A stretch of DNA of 64,000 nucleotides from Arenicellales bacterium (GCA_965200545.1 CBDAUJ010000005.1:25585-89584), one strand, 5' to 3'. Shown: positions 30,489-41,230, counted from the first letter of the stretch. The notes: a model not told the origin generated them from the letters alone. Made by a program: numbers and translations.

Positions 30489-31927
30489 GCCGCTTTGAAT
30501 GTGTCATTGGTCTGGAGGTGCACATCCAGCTGGCCACCGAGAGCAAGCTTTTCTCAGGCGCATCCGCAAGATTCGGCGCAGCGCCCAACGAGCATGCCTG
30601 TCTGATTGATGCGGCGCTGCCGGGCGTATTGCCCGTTTGCAATGCCGCTGCGGTGCGGATGGCCGTTACATTCGGACTGGCGATTGGCGCGCAGATCAAT
30701 CGCAGGTCCATCTTTGCGCGCAAGAACTATTTCTATCCTGACTTGCCCAAGGGGTATCAGATCAGCCAGTACGAAATTCCGGTGGTCGGCCGCGGCAGCC
30801 TGAACACCGAGGTCGATGGCAAAACTGTGCCGGTCGGCATCACTCGCGCGCACATCGAAGAAGATGCGGGCAAATCGCTGCACACCAATTTTGCGCAGGC
30901 CAGCGGCATTGATCTCAATCGTGCCGGAACACCGCTGCTGGAAATCGTCTCGGAACCGGATATCCGATCGGCGGCACAGGCGGCCGACTACATGCGCAGG
31001 CTGCATCGCCTGGTCACCTATCTCGGCATCTGCGATGGCAACATGCAGGAAGGCTCGATGCGATGTGATGCGAATGTGTCCATGCGTCCTGTCGGCACAA
31101 CCGAGCTGGGCACCCGCACTGAACTGAAAAACATCAATTCGTTTCGGTTTGTTGAGCGAGGCATTGTCTGCGAATGCGAGCGGCAAATCGAGATGCTCGA
31201 AAGCGGCGGTACGATCGTGCAAGAAACACGTCTCTACGACCCGGCGAAAAATATCACCCGCCCGATGCGCGGCAAGGAAGATGCGCACGATTATCGGTAT
31301 TTTCCAGACCCGGATCTGCCGCCGCTGGTACTCGACGACGAGCTGATCGAATCGATCAGGGGTGCGCTGCCGGAGCTGCCAGAAGCCAAGCAGCGCCGAT
31401 TTATGGATGAATATGGCTTAACCGCGCAAGACGCGGAGCGACTGACGCAATCGAGGCCTATTGCAGACTATTTCGAGAACGCGATCAGCGACCGAATCGA
31501 TGCCAATAAAGTCGCCAACTGGGTGAGCGGAGAGCTGTTCAGCTATCTGAACAAGCACGGACTTGGCATTGAGCACTCCAAAGTCAGCGCCCGGCAGCTC
31601 GGCCAGCTTGTGGCGCAAGTCGAGCAAGGCGCCGTGTCTGGCCGCAATGCCAAAGTCGTTTTCGAAATGCTGTGGGACAATCCGCAGCTCGAAGTAGATG
31701 CCGTCATAGCATCGAAAGGGCTCGGGCAGTCCATTGATGCCGGCGAGATCGGACAGCTCATTGATGATGTGATTGCGCTCCATCCGCAGCAGGCATGCCA
31801 GCTGCAAGACGGCCAGCACAAGCTGCTGGGATTTTTTGTCGGACAAGTCATGAAAGCGTCGAACGGGCAAGCCAACCCGAAATCGGTCAGCGAGATGCTC
31901 AAGCAAAAGCTTGGCTTGTCGACTTGA
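30485..31927 (+). CDS. gatB: Asp/Glu-tRNA amidotransferase subunit B
   Basis: [21 protein letters not shown] and YRYFPDPDL. Confidence 0.97.
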   Translation: MSRFECVIGLEVHIQLATESKLFSGASARFGAAPNEHACLIDAALPGVLPVCNAAAVRMAVTFGLAIGAQINRRSIFARKNYFYPDLPKGYQISQYEIPVVGRGSLNTEVDGKTVPVGITRAHIEEDAGKSLHTNFAQASGIDLNRAGTPLLEIVSEPDIRSAAQAADYMRRLHRLVTYLGICDGNMQEGSMRCDANVSMRPVGTTELGTRTELKNINSFRFVERGIVCECERQIEMLESGGTIVQETRLYDPAKNITRPMRGKEDAHDYRYFPDPDLPPLVLDDELIESIRGALPELPEAKQRRFMDEYGLTAQDAERLTQSRPIADYFENAISDRIDANKVANWVSGELFSYLNKHGLGIEHSKVSARQLGQLVAQVEQGAVSGRNAKVVFEMLWDNPQLEVDAVIASKGLGQSIDAGEIGQLIDDVIALHPQQACQLQDGQHKLLGFFVGQVMKASNGQANPKSVSEMLKQKLGLST

Positions 31928-31991
31928 TGCGGAGCAACGGCCAAGCTTTCGGCAACGTGTCCAGCGAACCACTCTCACCTTGCAGCCTGAA

Positions 31992-32975
31992 ATGATGTCA
32001 GACTCCTCTAGCGACCAAGCTTTTACGGCCGGCATCGAGCATGCACTCGGACTTGAGGCAACCTACGCCGGCGCGGTCAGCTTGTTCCGCAGAACCTATT
32101 CGAAGCGCGTCGACAGTTCCGAAATCATTGCAAGCGGCGTACCGTTCGATTTGGCCGTCACCAACCGCCCCGGCACGCGCTTTGGCCCGCGCGGCATTCG
32201 CACTGCGTCATGTCATGCATCGTGGTCCGGAGCGACTTGGCCGTGGCAACTGGATCCATTTGAGCATCTGACGATGACGGACTATGGCGACTGTGAGATT
32301 GACCACGGCTTTCCAGACAGAATTCCTGAGCAGATCGAGGCACATGCCCGCCATCTGCTGTCGCATGGCGCCAAAATCATCACGCTTGGCGGGGATCATT
32401 TCATCGCTTATCCGATTCTGAAATCGGTCAGCGAGCGCTGCGGACCTGTCTCACTGATTCATTTTGATGCGCATTCCGATACCTGGAGCGAACCGCAAGA
32501 ACGGATTGATCATGGCACGATGTTCTACCACGCGGCCCGGCAGAAACTGGTCAATCCTGAACGGTCGATACAGATCGGGCTTCGCACTTGGAATCCAGAA
32601 AGCCACGGCTTTCAGATAATGGATGCCGAATACGTTCATCGACACGGTGTCGAACATGTGATCGAGCGAACCTTGGCGATTGTCGGTGACAATCCCGCTT
32701 ACCTGAGTTTTGACATCGATTGCCTGGACCCGGCGTTTGCGCCCGGAACGGGGACACCGGTTTGCGGCGGATTGTCAACTTTTCAAGCACAAAGCATTAT
32801 CCGCGGTTTGGCGCCGATCGATTTTGTCGGCATGGACCTGGTTGAGGTTTCACCCCCTTATGATCATGGCGAAGTCACATCCTTGGCCGGTGCGAGCCTG
32901 ATATTGGACTTTATTTGTCTGCTGGCGACCCGCAAATTGCGGCAGCAGCAGTCTTCGCAGCGCGAAGGCAAGTAA
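31992..32975 (+). CDS. speB: Agmatinase / ureohydrolase family protein
   Basis: RPGTRFGP, GGDH, DAHSD and SFDIDCLDP..APGTGTP; substrate not certain. Confidence 0.8.
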   Translation: MMSDSSSDQAFTAGIEHALGLEATYAGAVSLFRRTYSKRVDSSEIIASGVPFDLAVTNRPGTRFGPRGIRTASCHASWSGATWPWQLDPFEHLTMTDYGDCEIDHGFPDRIPEQIEAHARHLLSHGAKIITLGGDHFIAYPILKSVSERCGPVSLIHFDAHSDTWSEPQERIDHGTMFYHAARQKLVNPERSIQIGLRTWNPESHGFQIMDAEYVHRHGVEHVIERTLAIVGDNPAYLSFDIDCLDPAFAPGTGTPVCGGLSTFQAQSIIRGLAPIDFVGMDLVEVSPPYDHGEVTSLAGASLILDFICLLATRKLRQQQSSQREGK

Positions 32976-33060
32976 ATTCTAAAATTCTAGTGCCGACTCG
33001 AAAAAAATTCGTTAAACTAATTGCAATTGCCGCTGAAAATTGAGATTGGAGTCCACGGAT

Positions 33061-33137
33061 GCGCCCGTAGCTCAGCTGGATAGAGTACCAGGCTTCGAAC
33101 CTGGTGGTCGGGGGTTCGAATCCCTCCGGGCGTGCCA
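33061..33137 (+). tRNA. tRNA-Arg(UCG)
   Basis: gcgcccgtagctcagctggatagagtaccaggctTCGaacctggtggtcgggggttcgaatccctccgggcgtgcca; anticodon stem ccagg/cctgg. Confidence 0.95.
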
Positions 33138-33464
33138 ACCTCGCAGCATTTCCCTGGCGTACTGATATCGGGTAGAGGGATTTTGGCATCCAATCGATCC
33201 GTTCTTTTGCCCGGTTCGAGAGCATCTGACAACGCGGTGGCAAAGCCGATAGCCCAATCGCTCTCGAAATATTGCGTGGGTTCCGCGATTATGGAATCAA
33301 GTCACCGATAAAGGTCAGCGCGAGCATTGATACGCCGCCGGCGATACGAGAAATGGCTGGAGACGGGCACCAGATTCCGAGCGATTTCTCACACAATCAT
33401 TGCGATACTGCTTGATAATGGGCGAATCAGTCTAACGGTCTGCCACCGCGCAGGAGCGCCCGCA

Positions 33465-34462
33465 ATGAAACAAAACACCACTGCCCAAACCTTCGAAAAA
33501 GCCTCTGCCCGAATCAATCACGACCGCACCTTGAGAGGCCGCTTCGGCTCCAGCGATGCCTGCTGCGCAGAATGCCTGTCGGTGTTTTTCGATCCGTCGC
33601 AAGCGACGCTTCTCAACCTTGAGCGTACCCGGCTGCCTGCCGCTTGAGCACATTGATGCGGCGCATCGCGAGCTCCGACCTAATCGCGCGACACCGGCAA
33701 GCCGGTCAGCATCGTGTTTGCCGCCGAGCACAAAAGCGCCCATGGCGGTTTCGAAGCCGTACAGCAGCTGCTCGCGCAAGTCGCGCGCCTCAGCGAAAGT
33801 CATTCTGACAAGCTCGTCACCGGCGGCATCCTTTACAACGGCTCCGACCCCGACTATCGCGGCCCGGTGAGCTATTTCGACTCGAACCTGCTGCTTCGCA
33901 GCCTAAGCGACCGCCAGTGCGCGTTTTTGCGACCGCACCTGCTCGAGTTCAAGCCGTTTTTCGTCAACCTGTACGATGCGCAGGTGCAGCGTTTTGAGAC
34001 CTTGACTCCCGAGTCAAGAGCGACACTGGTGGCGTTGGCCGCAGCCTGGGAGCGGCGCACTCCGCAACAAATGGCCTTGCTGCGCCAGGTCGCAGACAGG
34101 CTAAAGCGGGTGTCACAGACTTGGGCATCACGCGATACCTGTTAAAATACTGGCCGGAGTGCACAATCGATATGATCGCTGAGTCAGAGAAAGCGGCGCT
34201 GCCGCAGGAGGCGAGAGTCATGGAACAGTTCAAAGACTTGCTTCGGCATGCAATTGTCAACGATGGCGTGACCCGGGAAGTTATCGAAGAGATGGCAGCG
34301 GATTTCGTTGAGGAAGGTATGGCGCAGGGGATTCAGCGGGGCGAGAAACAGGCGCAGCATGCGTTCGCTGAAAGGTCGCTGGCCAAAGGAATCGATGTGG
34401 CAACAATCGCTGAGAGTACGGGCCTCTCTCAACGCGACATCCAGCAGATCAGCTGCCGGTAG
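33465..34462 (+). pseudogene. Rpn/YhgA-like PD-(D/E)XK nuclease gene, multiply frameshifted
   Basis: HD...R near the N-terminus, EHKS, ILYNG, and C-terminal EEGMAQGIQRG...GIDVATIAESTGLS; spread over four ORFs. Confidence 0.75.
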
Positions 34463-34661
34463 AATCAGCAGAGCAGCGGCTGGGCTCACCGTTTTGCACC
34501 AGTGAATCCATTGCGACCGCCGATTCACAACTCCCCTCAGTCTCGAAACGCCTGTGGTTTTGGTGTATTTGTATCTTCAAAGGTCCTGCGCAATTGCATG
34601 GCCAAGGCTTTTGCGGCTTGCACAGCCAGCGTCCGAAATTACAGTCAAGCAGCAAAGCAAC

Positions 34662-35282
34662 TCACTGTAATTCGGCAATGCCCAGTTCTCTTAGAAGTTC
34701 CGCTGGAACCTTGCGATGTTTTGTCTGATGATTCGAAAGCAATTGACGCAAATCTTCCAGCGCTGTTGCAAAATCGTCATTGACAATCCAGTGATCGAAA
34801 TAGACACAGTGTTTCAAGTCCTCTTTGGCCGCTGCCAACCGCTGCTCAATTATCGCCGGCGCATCTCGCTTGCGCTCAATAAGTCGCTTGCGCAAACTTG
34901 CCAGTGACGGCGGCAGGAGAAAGACCTGCACCGTCGACGAAAATGTTTCGGCAACCTGCTGTGCGCCTTGCCAGTCAATTTCCAGCAGAACACTCTTGCC
35001 AGCCGCCAGGCTGGACTGCAGCGTATTTTTCGCGGTGCCGTACCGGTATCCATAGACTACGGCGTGTTCCGCAAACTGCCCGTCCGCCGCCATCGCGCTG
35101 AATTCACGCTCCGATACAAAGAAATAGTCCCGCCCATTGACCTCGCCATGACGCATATCGCGGGTGGTGTGCGAAACCGACAGCACGACTTTCTCGCAGC
35201 TTTCCACCAGTGCCCGGCTCAGACTGGATTTGCCGGTACCGGACGCAGCCGAAATCACGAGGATGACTGGCTTGTCAGACAC
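34662..35282 (-). CDS. gmk: Guanylate kinase
   Basis: SAASGTGKSS, SHTTR, GEVNGRDY.F and EIDWQGA. Confidence 0.96.
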   Translation of the reverse strand: MSDKPVILVISAASGTGKSSLSRALVESCEKVVLSVSHTTRDMRHGEVNGRDYFFVSEREFSAMAADGQFAEHAVVYGYRYGTAKNTLQSSLAAGKSVLLEIDWQGAQQVAETFSSTVQVFLLPPSLASLRKRLIERKRDAPAIIEQRLAAAKEDLKHCVYFDHWIVNDDFATALEDLRQLLSNHQTKHRKVPAELLRELGIAELQ

Positions 35283-35290
35283 AGAGAGAG

Positions 35291-36157
35291 TCAGGCAATA
35301 TTTTGGATTTGCTCGCGAATCTGCTCAAGTACAACTTTCATATCCACCATGAGTGAGTTCAGCGGATAATGCGTTGACTTGGATGCAAGCGTGTTCGCTT
35401 CCCGATTCATTTCCTGCAGCACAAACCCCAGCCGCTTGCCGGCTGCGGACTCTTTGTCGAGAATGCGCCGAAATTCGCTCGCATGCAAGCGAAACCGATC
35501 GAATTCTTCACTCACATCGGATTTAATCAAGAGCAAGGCGACTTCCTGCTCGAGCCGAGTCGGGTCCAGTTCCACCTCGACTTCATCAAGCCGTTCCGAA
35601 AGCCGTTCTCGGGCATTGCGCTGCGCCTCGGCAATCAGTCCCGCAGCCTGTTCGCTGCTTCGCAAAACCGAAGCAAGCTTCTGCTCGAGCACCGCTTGAA
35701 TCTGTGCCCCCTCACGCAGGCGGTCGCTTGCCAAATCTTCAAGCGCCTTGAGAAAATTCTCAAAAATGAACTCGTCGAATTCGGTATCCTGAGCACCCAG
35801 CGGCGCAATGACACCCGGCCAGTGCAGGAGTTCAGATGCGGACAAGCCCGCACAATCAGGAAATAACTCATGAATTCTTTCAGAAACTTCTGCAATCGAC
35901 TTGATTACCTTGTCATCGATTGAATCAGCGGTCAATTCCCGCCCGCAAAAATGAACTTTAACGGTCGCATCGATTCTGCCGCGTGAGAACTTTTTCGCTA
36001 GCGCCTGTCGGCATCTTTTTTCCAGATAGCGCAGCTGCTCTGGCATATTCAGGCTAATTTCCAAGGTGCGATGATTCAGCGACCGCAATTCCCAATGCAC
36101 GTCGCCCCATTGGGAATCTGAGCTGCGCCGGGCAAAGCCTGTCATGCTCGAAATCAT
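35291..36157 (-). CDS. yicC: YicC/YloC family endoribonuclease
   Basis: SMTGF, QEMNREANT..SK and EQIREQIQN. Confidence 0.95.
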   Translation of the reverse strand: MISSMTGFARRSSDSQWGDVHWELRSLNHRTLEISLNMPEQLRYLEKRCRQALAKKFSRGRIDATVKVHFCGRELTADSIDDKVIKSIAEVSERIHELFPDCAGLSASELLHWPGVIAPLGAQDTEFDEFIFENFLKALEDLASDRLREGAQIQAVLEQKLASVLRSSEQAAGLIAEAQRNARERLSERLDEVEVELDPTRLEQEVALLLIKSDVSEEFDRFRLHASEFRRILDKESAAGKRLGFVLQEMNREANTLASKSTHYPLNSLMVDMKVVLEQIREQIQNIA

Positions 36158-36689
36158 TGGATTTCAACCACTTCAATCTGAAGGAACTGTTTTATTATTC
36201 GGCTGATCAATTCAAAAAAACGGCAACTGCCCAAAAATTCGACCCGATGGAATCGGTGTGCGACCGAGTTTGTCTCTAAGTCGGTACCGCATTGCGCCAT
36301 ACCACTCTCGCATGTTGATTCGGCATGAGGCAATCGGTTCTTGATACAGCACATTGTAAACCAAACCAATTAAATGGATTATTTAGCATTCACAGCTTGA
36401 TCAGGCGCAGCGAATGATGGATGCTGGTTCGTTTTTCATGCGGACCGAATGTGATTTAGTAAAATAGCAACATTCTAGGATGCGATTGCAACGAGGCGCA
36501 GCGAGTGTGTTGCTTGCAGACGCTGCCTTAGAAAACCGTTATAAAGCCTACTCACACTGCAGCTTATTCTCTCATTGCGATCTGTGTGCTTGCGAGTAAC
36601 GAAGTGATGAACAGATTCGTAACTGAAGCAAAGCCAGCAATAACCTAAACTAAATTGACTAATCAGCATACAAATACATATCAATCAAC

Positions 36690-37007
36690 ATGAATTCTGA
36701 AAATACTTACTGTGTAGCGAAGCTTTCCGAATTGGAGCCAGAAGAACCTCTCGCTGTGGATATCGCAGGCGAAGAAATCGCCTTGGTGCTACTTGACAGC
36801 AAACTGTATGCGATCAACAACGTTTGCACACATGAATATGCATGCCTGTCTGATGGATACGTTGAGGATGGACGTATTGTCTGCCCTTTGCATCTTGCCG
36901 AATTCGACATTGCCACCGGCGCTGCCGTCGAAGACCCGGCTGAAGAAGATTTGCGAACCTATCCCATAACCATCATCGGCGACGATGTTTATGTGCAGGT
37001 TGACTGA
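36690..37007 (+). CDS. Rieske [2Fe-2S] ferredoxin
   Basis: CTH...CPLH motif and FD..TG. Confidence 0.92.
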   Translation: MNSENTYCVAKLSELEPEEPLAVDIAGEEIALVLLDSKLYAINNVCTHEYACLSDGYVEDGRIVCPLHLAEFDIATGAAVEDPAEEDLRTYPITIIGDDVYVQVD

Positions 37008-37109
37008 CCTTGCAGTGACTTAGTTTGCATCCGGAGGCCGATAACATAATTTTTGCGAGCAGACCCCACATTAGCAACCGAGTCAAATTCGAGTCGTGCC
37101 TGCTCGTTA

Positions 37110-37496
37110 CATGTGTGCATCAAGACGAGCAAGCCAACCTATCCAGGATCCGACTGTCGGCGGTGATGAGTCAACGCCCTTCGATCGCCATAGCGACAAT
37201 CAAACGATCAGCAAGATCAGCGTGAAAGCCGGCCAAATCAACCGCTTGCAAGCCGCTCGCGCCGTCGACAGGAATTTCAATCAGAGCCGTTTCTGACTGT
37301 GAACAGTGCCAGTGGTCAATGCTTTCATGCGGATCAATTCGATTTTTGCGGTTCAGCATTGCGATTGCCCAAAAAGAAATTGCAGCAATCGCCAGTTCAG
37401 AGACCTGCCTCGCATTGTCAATGACGCATTGCGGCCCAAACGTGCGTCTCCGCTGCGAAGCCACAAAAGGACGACATCCGTCTCAGGCAAAATCAC
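37110..37496 (-). pseudogene. PIN-domain (VapC-like) toxin remnant
   Basis: VILPETDVVLLW / ISFW.IAML..K.RI / H.D.ADRLIVA.A...*LITAD..I, with a frameshift and an in-frame stop. Ends approximate. Confidence 0.75.
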
Positions 37497-37523
37497 GTTT
37501 GCAACTATTCGGGTGGCATAAGG

Positions 37524-37766
37524 TTAGCCGCCCATTGTGTTCTCTATGGGAGACACGATAGCGCCATATTTCACGATTTTGCCTTGATCAACGCCGGAAA
37601 AGGCTGCCGGTTTTTGCTGACAGGCCGTCAACGCGCCACCGGAACTCCATTTTTGGCGATGATCAGTTCTTTTGCGAGTGACCAATTTCACCCATCAGTT
37701 TAAGGCGCTTGGGCTTTAGTTCAGAGACTTTGACCGTTTGACGAGCGGGATTGTGCAGGAATTCAT
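37524..37766 (-). pseudogene. Phd/YefM-like antitoxin remnant
   Basis: Piecewise translation VKVSELK.K.LKLM.E / ELIIAKNGVPVAR / G.I...G.IVSP, directly upstream of the PIN remnant. Confidence 0.65.
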
Positions 37767-38052
37767 ACTGTTTTCACGGTGCTTGATCAGTTGAACGACT
37801 TGTGATTCTGCCTTGGTTGCAACCTTAGTCATATCAAGAAATTGAGGCCTCATGTCATCAGTTGCTAAGACTTCTCTGCAACGACCCTGTCGCCAATATC
37901 CGATAATTCGAATTCCCCTGACGTGCATTTCTGATTGAACGAAATAGAATAATAGAAATAGTCTTGCCAGTCGGGACTGTTTCGCTGCGCATCCGGCATA
38001 ATCACTTTACTTTAAACCTGATTTGAGCGATTTTGGACCGAGTCCATCACTC

Positions 38053-39477
38053 ATGAAACCAGAACCCCGCAAAAGATTTCGCTTGACGCGCCTCGTCGTG
38101 CTCATTGGACTGGCGTGCCTGATGCTGCCGTCCATTCATGCGTTCAGTCAGGACACGGTGCGGACGAAACTGCTTGAGCGGCAGGCACGGCATTTTCTGC
38201 ACCTGGTGCAACGCGATGTGCAACTCGCTGAAGATGCCGAAATTGTCGAATACGTCCTCAATTTGGCCAATCATCTTGCCCAGCACGCCAATATGGATTC
38301 GGATCCGCTGCGCTACTTCGTTGTGGTCGACAGCGGCATCAATGCCTTTGCCGGCCCCGGCGCCACGTTCTTCATCAACAGCGGACTCATCGAAAAAGCC
38401 CATACCGAAGGCGAGCTGGCATCGGTGGTCGCGCACGAGCTCGCCCACTTCAAGCAAGATCACCTTAATCGCCTCACGCAAAATTACACGGCAAGCAGAG
38501 TGCCCCTCTTGATCTCGATTCTCGCCGGTATCGCCGTCGGCGGCGATGCGGGACTTGCCACCGTGGTCGGCGCTCAGGCCGCCGCTGTCGAGTCCATGAT
38601 TGAGCACACGCTCAGCTACGAGCGAGAAGCCGATGCCGTGGGCCTGCAAATTCTGACTGCTTCAGGCTATAGTCCAGAACACGCAGCCAATCTGATGCTG
38701 CGGCTTGAGAACTTTATTCGCGAACAAGGTGTCATCCAATCCAACATTCACAACACCCACCCCATTACACCGGAAAGGATTGCCGCAATCAAGCAGCGCA
38801 TCTCGAACTATCCGAACATTGAGGATCGGCACAGCAATGCTGACTTTTACTTCGCGCAGGCCAAAACTCGGGTGCTGTACAGCTTCGCGCCAGGCCAGAC
38901 ATACAAATTCTTCGAGCAGCGGCTCGCCGAAGGCACGGTCGAATTTCGCCTGGCGATGCGTTACGGCTTGGCGCTCTCTCTGGCGAAAGACGGCAAAACC
39001 GACCAGGCCAGAACATTGCTTGAGAATCTTGCCGCCGCGCATCCGAAAAATCCCTGGATCGTACTGGCGCAGGCCGACTTGGAACTTGACAGCCATAATC
39101 CTCAAGCAGGCGCTGCCGCGCTTGCAGACCTCGCACAGTCGGACCACCCCGGCAATGCTGTCATCGAAAAATACGCACTCGCTCTGGCATACGGCGGCGA
39201 CAGCGAAGAGGCAACGCGCTATATTCGAAAATGGATGGCGCTCAGGCCGCAACAAATCACTTTGCTGAGCGCCTATGCACGTATCGCAGCCGAATCCGGG
39301 CAGTTTGTGGACGGCAGCATTGCCGCCGCCGAGCGTGCCTACCAGACGGGCAACTTGCAAAGAGCGCATAAACTTCTAAAAGGCGCTCAGGCGAAATCTG
39401 TGAGTTTCTACTCCTCAGAACTGATTCGCGAAAAACTGCGGATCATTGAAGATGAGCTCGCTTGGCGCTCGTCCTAG
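38053..39477 (+). CDS. bepA: M48 metalloprotease with TPR-like C-terminus (BepA/YfgC-like)
   Basis: INAFA.PG, HELAH, EREAD..G and THP...ERI. Confidence 0.85.
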   Translation: MKPEPRKRFRLTRLVVLIGLACLMLPSIHAFSQDTVRTKLLERQARHFLHLVQRDVQLAEDAEIVEYVLNLANHLAQHANMDSDPLRYFVVVDSGINAFAGPGATFFINSGLIEKAHTEGELASVVAHELAHFKQDHLNRLTQNYTASRVPLLISILAGIAVGGDAGLATVVGAQAAAVESMIEHTLSYEREADAVGLQILTASGYSPEHAANLMLRLENFIREQGVIQSNIHNTHPITPERIAAIKQRISNYPNIEDRHSNADFYFAQAKTRVLYSFAPGQTYKFFEQRLAEGTVEFRLAMRYGLALSLAKDGKTDQARTLLENLAAAHPKNPWIVLAQADLELDSHNPQAGAAALADLAQSDHPGNAVIEKYALALAYGGDSEEATRYIRKWMALRPQQITLLSAYARIAAESGQFVDGSIAAAERAYQTGNLQRAHKLLKGAQAKSVSFYSSELIREKLRIIEDELAWRSS

Positions 39478-40826
39478 TCCCTAGCCGGCAAATCTGGCTG
39501 CCCCGATTCCAAATTCTCCAGCAGGTGCGCCCAGCTCAGGTGCGCCCGAGCATGCATCTCGACATTATGCACACGCAGGATATCAACCGACTGCGCACAC
39601 ATGTTCAGCGATGCTCCCAGCGTTTCGATATCAAGCTGATGGGTTTCGTGTTTCGAGAAAGTCTTGAGAATGCTTTTCCTCGAATGCCCGACCAGAACGC
39701 GATGGCCTGTTGCTCTGAGCTTTGAAATTGAGCGCATCAGACTGAGATTCTGCAGATTGCTCTTGCCAAACCCAATTCCCGGATCCACAATGATGCGATC
39801 GAAATCAATTCCGCAGGCATCCCATTCCATCTGTCTTTGCTGAATCCAGTCGCGAACCGCCTGCAACGCATCCTCGCCCGCATCCAGCGTGGCCTGACGG
39901 CTCGCGGGAACGGTGACGCTGTGCATGGCAACAAAAGCCTGATGACACGATTTCGCCAACGCCAGCATGGCGGGCTGAGTCAGGCCGGTCACATCATTAA
40001 TCATGTCAACGCCAAAATTGAGACACTTTTCGGCGGTTTCGGGATGGTAGGTATCAACGCTGATCTGCGGAGGCAGATGGGTTCCCTTGAACATTTCAGC
40101 GGCAACATCAAGCGCAACAGCGAGCCGTGCCCATTCCTGCTGATGATTCAGCGGCGTCGCGCCGGGGCGCGTTGACTCAGCGCCAAAGTCAATGATATTG
40201 GCTCCATGATCGACCAGCTCGGCGATGCGCTGGCGCAGTTTTTCAGCATTGCTGAAATCATTGCTGTCAGAAAAAGAATCCGGCGTCAGATTGATGATGC
40301 CCATCCAAAGCGGCACATGAAACGGCGCACTCCCAGCGCGGCTTGACTCCATCACGGTGGGCTGTATGCGATCCAATAGACGGCGGCTCGGTGACATATG
40401 CACCAGCGGCGAAAGCAGATAGGTACGGCGCACAAAATCCGGCGCTGGAATCCATTTTCCCATAAGCTTTGCCGGCGCGTCATTCCACCATAGAATGTCG
40501 ATGTCCATGATTCTCGGCTCATACGCATCGCGCTCAGACCCTTCCATTTCGAACTGGATCGCTTTCGTCAGTTTGTAAACGCCATCTAAACTGAAGCCGG
40601 TCTTGGCTTGGAGTACGAGATTCAAGAAGGGCTTATTCCAGTCCGCCGGCGAGTCCGCCAGCAGCTGCGCCGGTGTCTCGACGACTGGTGAGATTTGGGT
40701 AATATCAAGGCCGCCTTGACGCAGTTTCTCAACGCTCATTTCAAGATTGAGCCTGCGATTGCCAAGATTGGAGCCGAGACTCAGCACAACTGCAGATGTA
40801 GATGTCATCGAATGCGTTTCAATCAC
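39474..40826 (-). CDS. folKP: Fused FolK (HPPK) and FolP (dihydropteroate synthase)
   Basis: N-terminal LSLGSNLG...PR.MDIDIL; C-terminal MGIINLTPDSFSD, GAESTRPG, DPGIGFGK, GHSRKS and RVHNV. Confidence 0.92.
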   Translation of the reverse strand: MIETHSMTSTSAVVLSLGSNLGNRRLNLEMSVEKLRQGGLDITQISPVVETPAQLLADSPADWNKPFLNLVLQAKTGFSLDGVYKLTKAIQFEMEGSERDAYEPRIMDIDILWWNDAPAKLMGKWIPAPDFVRRTYLLSPLVHMSPSRRLLDRIQPTVMESSRAGSAPFHVPLWMGIINLTPDSFSDSNDFSNAEKLRQRIAELVDHGANIIDFGAESTRPGATPLNHQQEWARLAVALDVAAEMFKGTHLPPQISVDTYHPETAEKCLNFGVDMINDVTGLTQPAMLALAKSCHQAFVAMHSVTVPASRQATLDAGEDALQAVRDWIQQRQMEWDACGIDFDRIIVDPGIGFGKSNLQNLSLMRSISKLRATGHRVLVGHSRKSILKTFSKHETHQLDIETLGASLNMCAQSVDILRVHNVEMHARAHLSWAHLLENLESGQPDLPARD

Positions 40827-41230
40827 GCTCCGAGCCGCTGCCAGTCATAGCGGATGTAGCGAAAGCGGTCATCCTGCGGTGTTCCCTCCAATGCGCCCGT
40901 TTCTTGCTGCGGCTGCCAGTAGACAAATTCTTCAATCTTTTTTGCGAGTTCAAAGTCTTTTTCAGTGATCCCCTTGGCCGCATGATTCATCAGCCCAACC
41001 TCGACGAAGTTATACGATGCACGGATATCGGGATGATGCCAGGCGACTTCGCAAATATGCCCAACCGCATTGATCACCATCAGTGTGCCTTTCCAATTGG
41101 CTGTATTGAATCTGCGGCAGATCATCCCAGATTCATAACGCCAGTAAGGCAACTCATCCGCCAGTCGGGCCTCAACAGTACGGGCATCGAAAGTCACATC
41201 GGTTTCGGGGTTTTGATTGCTGCTTGCCAT
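40823..41230 (-). CDS. Pterin-4a-carbinolamine dehydratase family protein
   Basis: E.AWHHPD and H..KGIT.KDFELA; RBS GGAGGA before ATG 41230. Confidence 0.88.
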   Translation of the reverse strand: MASSNQNPETDVTFDARTVEARLADELPYWRYESGMICRRFNTANWKGTLMVINAVGHICEVAWHHPDIRASYNFVEVGLMNHAAKGITEKDFELAKKIEEFVYWQPQQETGALEGTPQDDRFRYIRYDWQRLGA

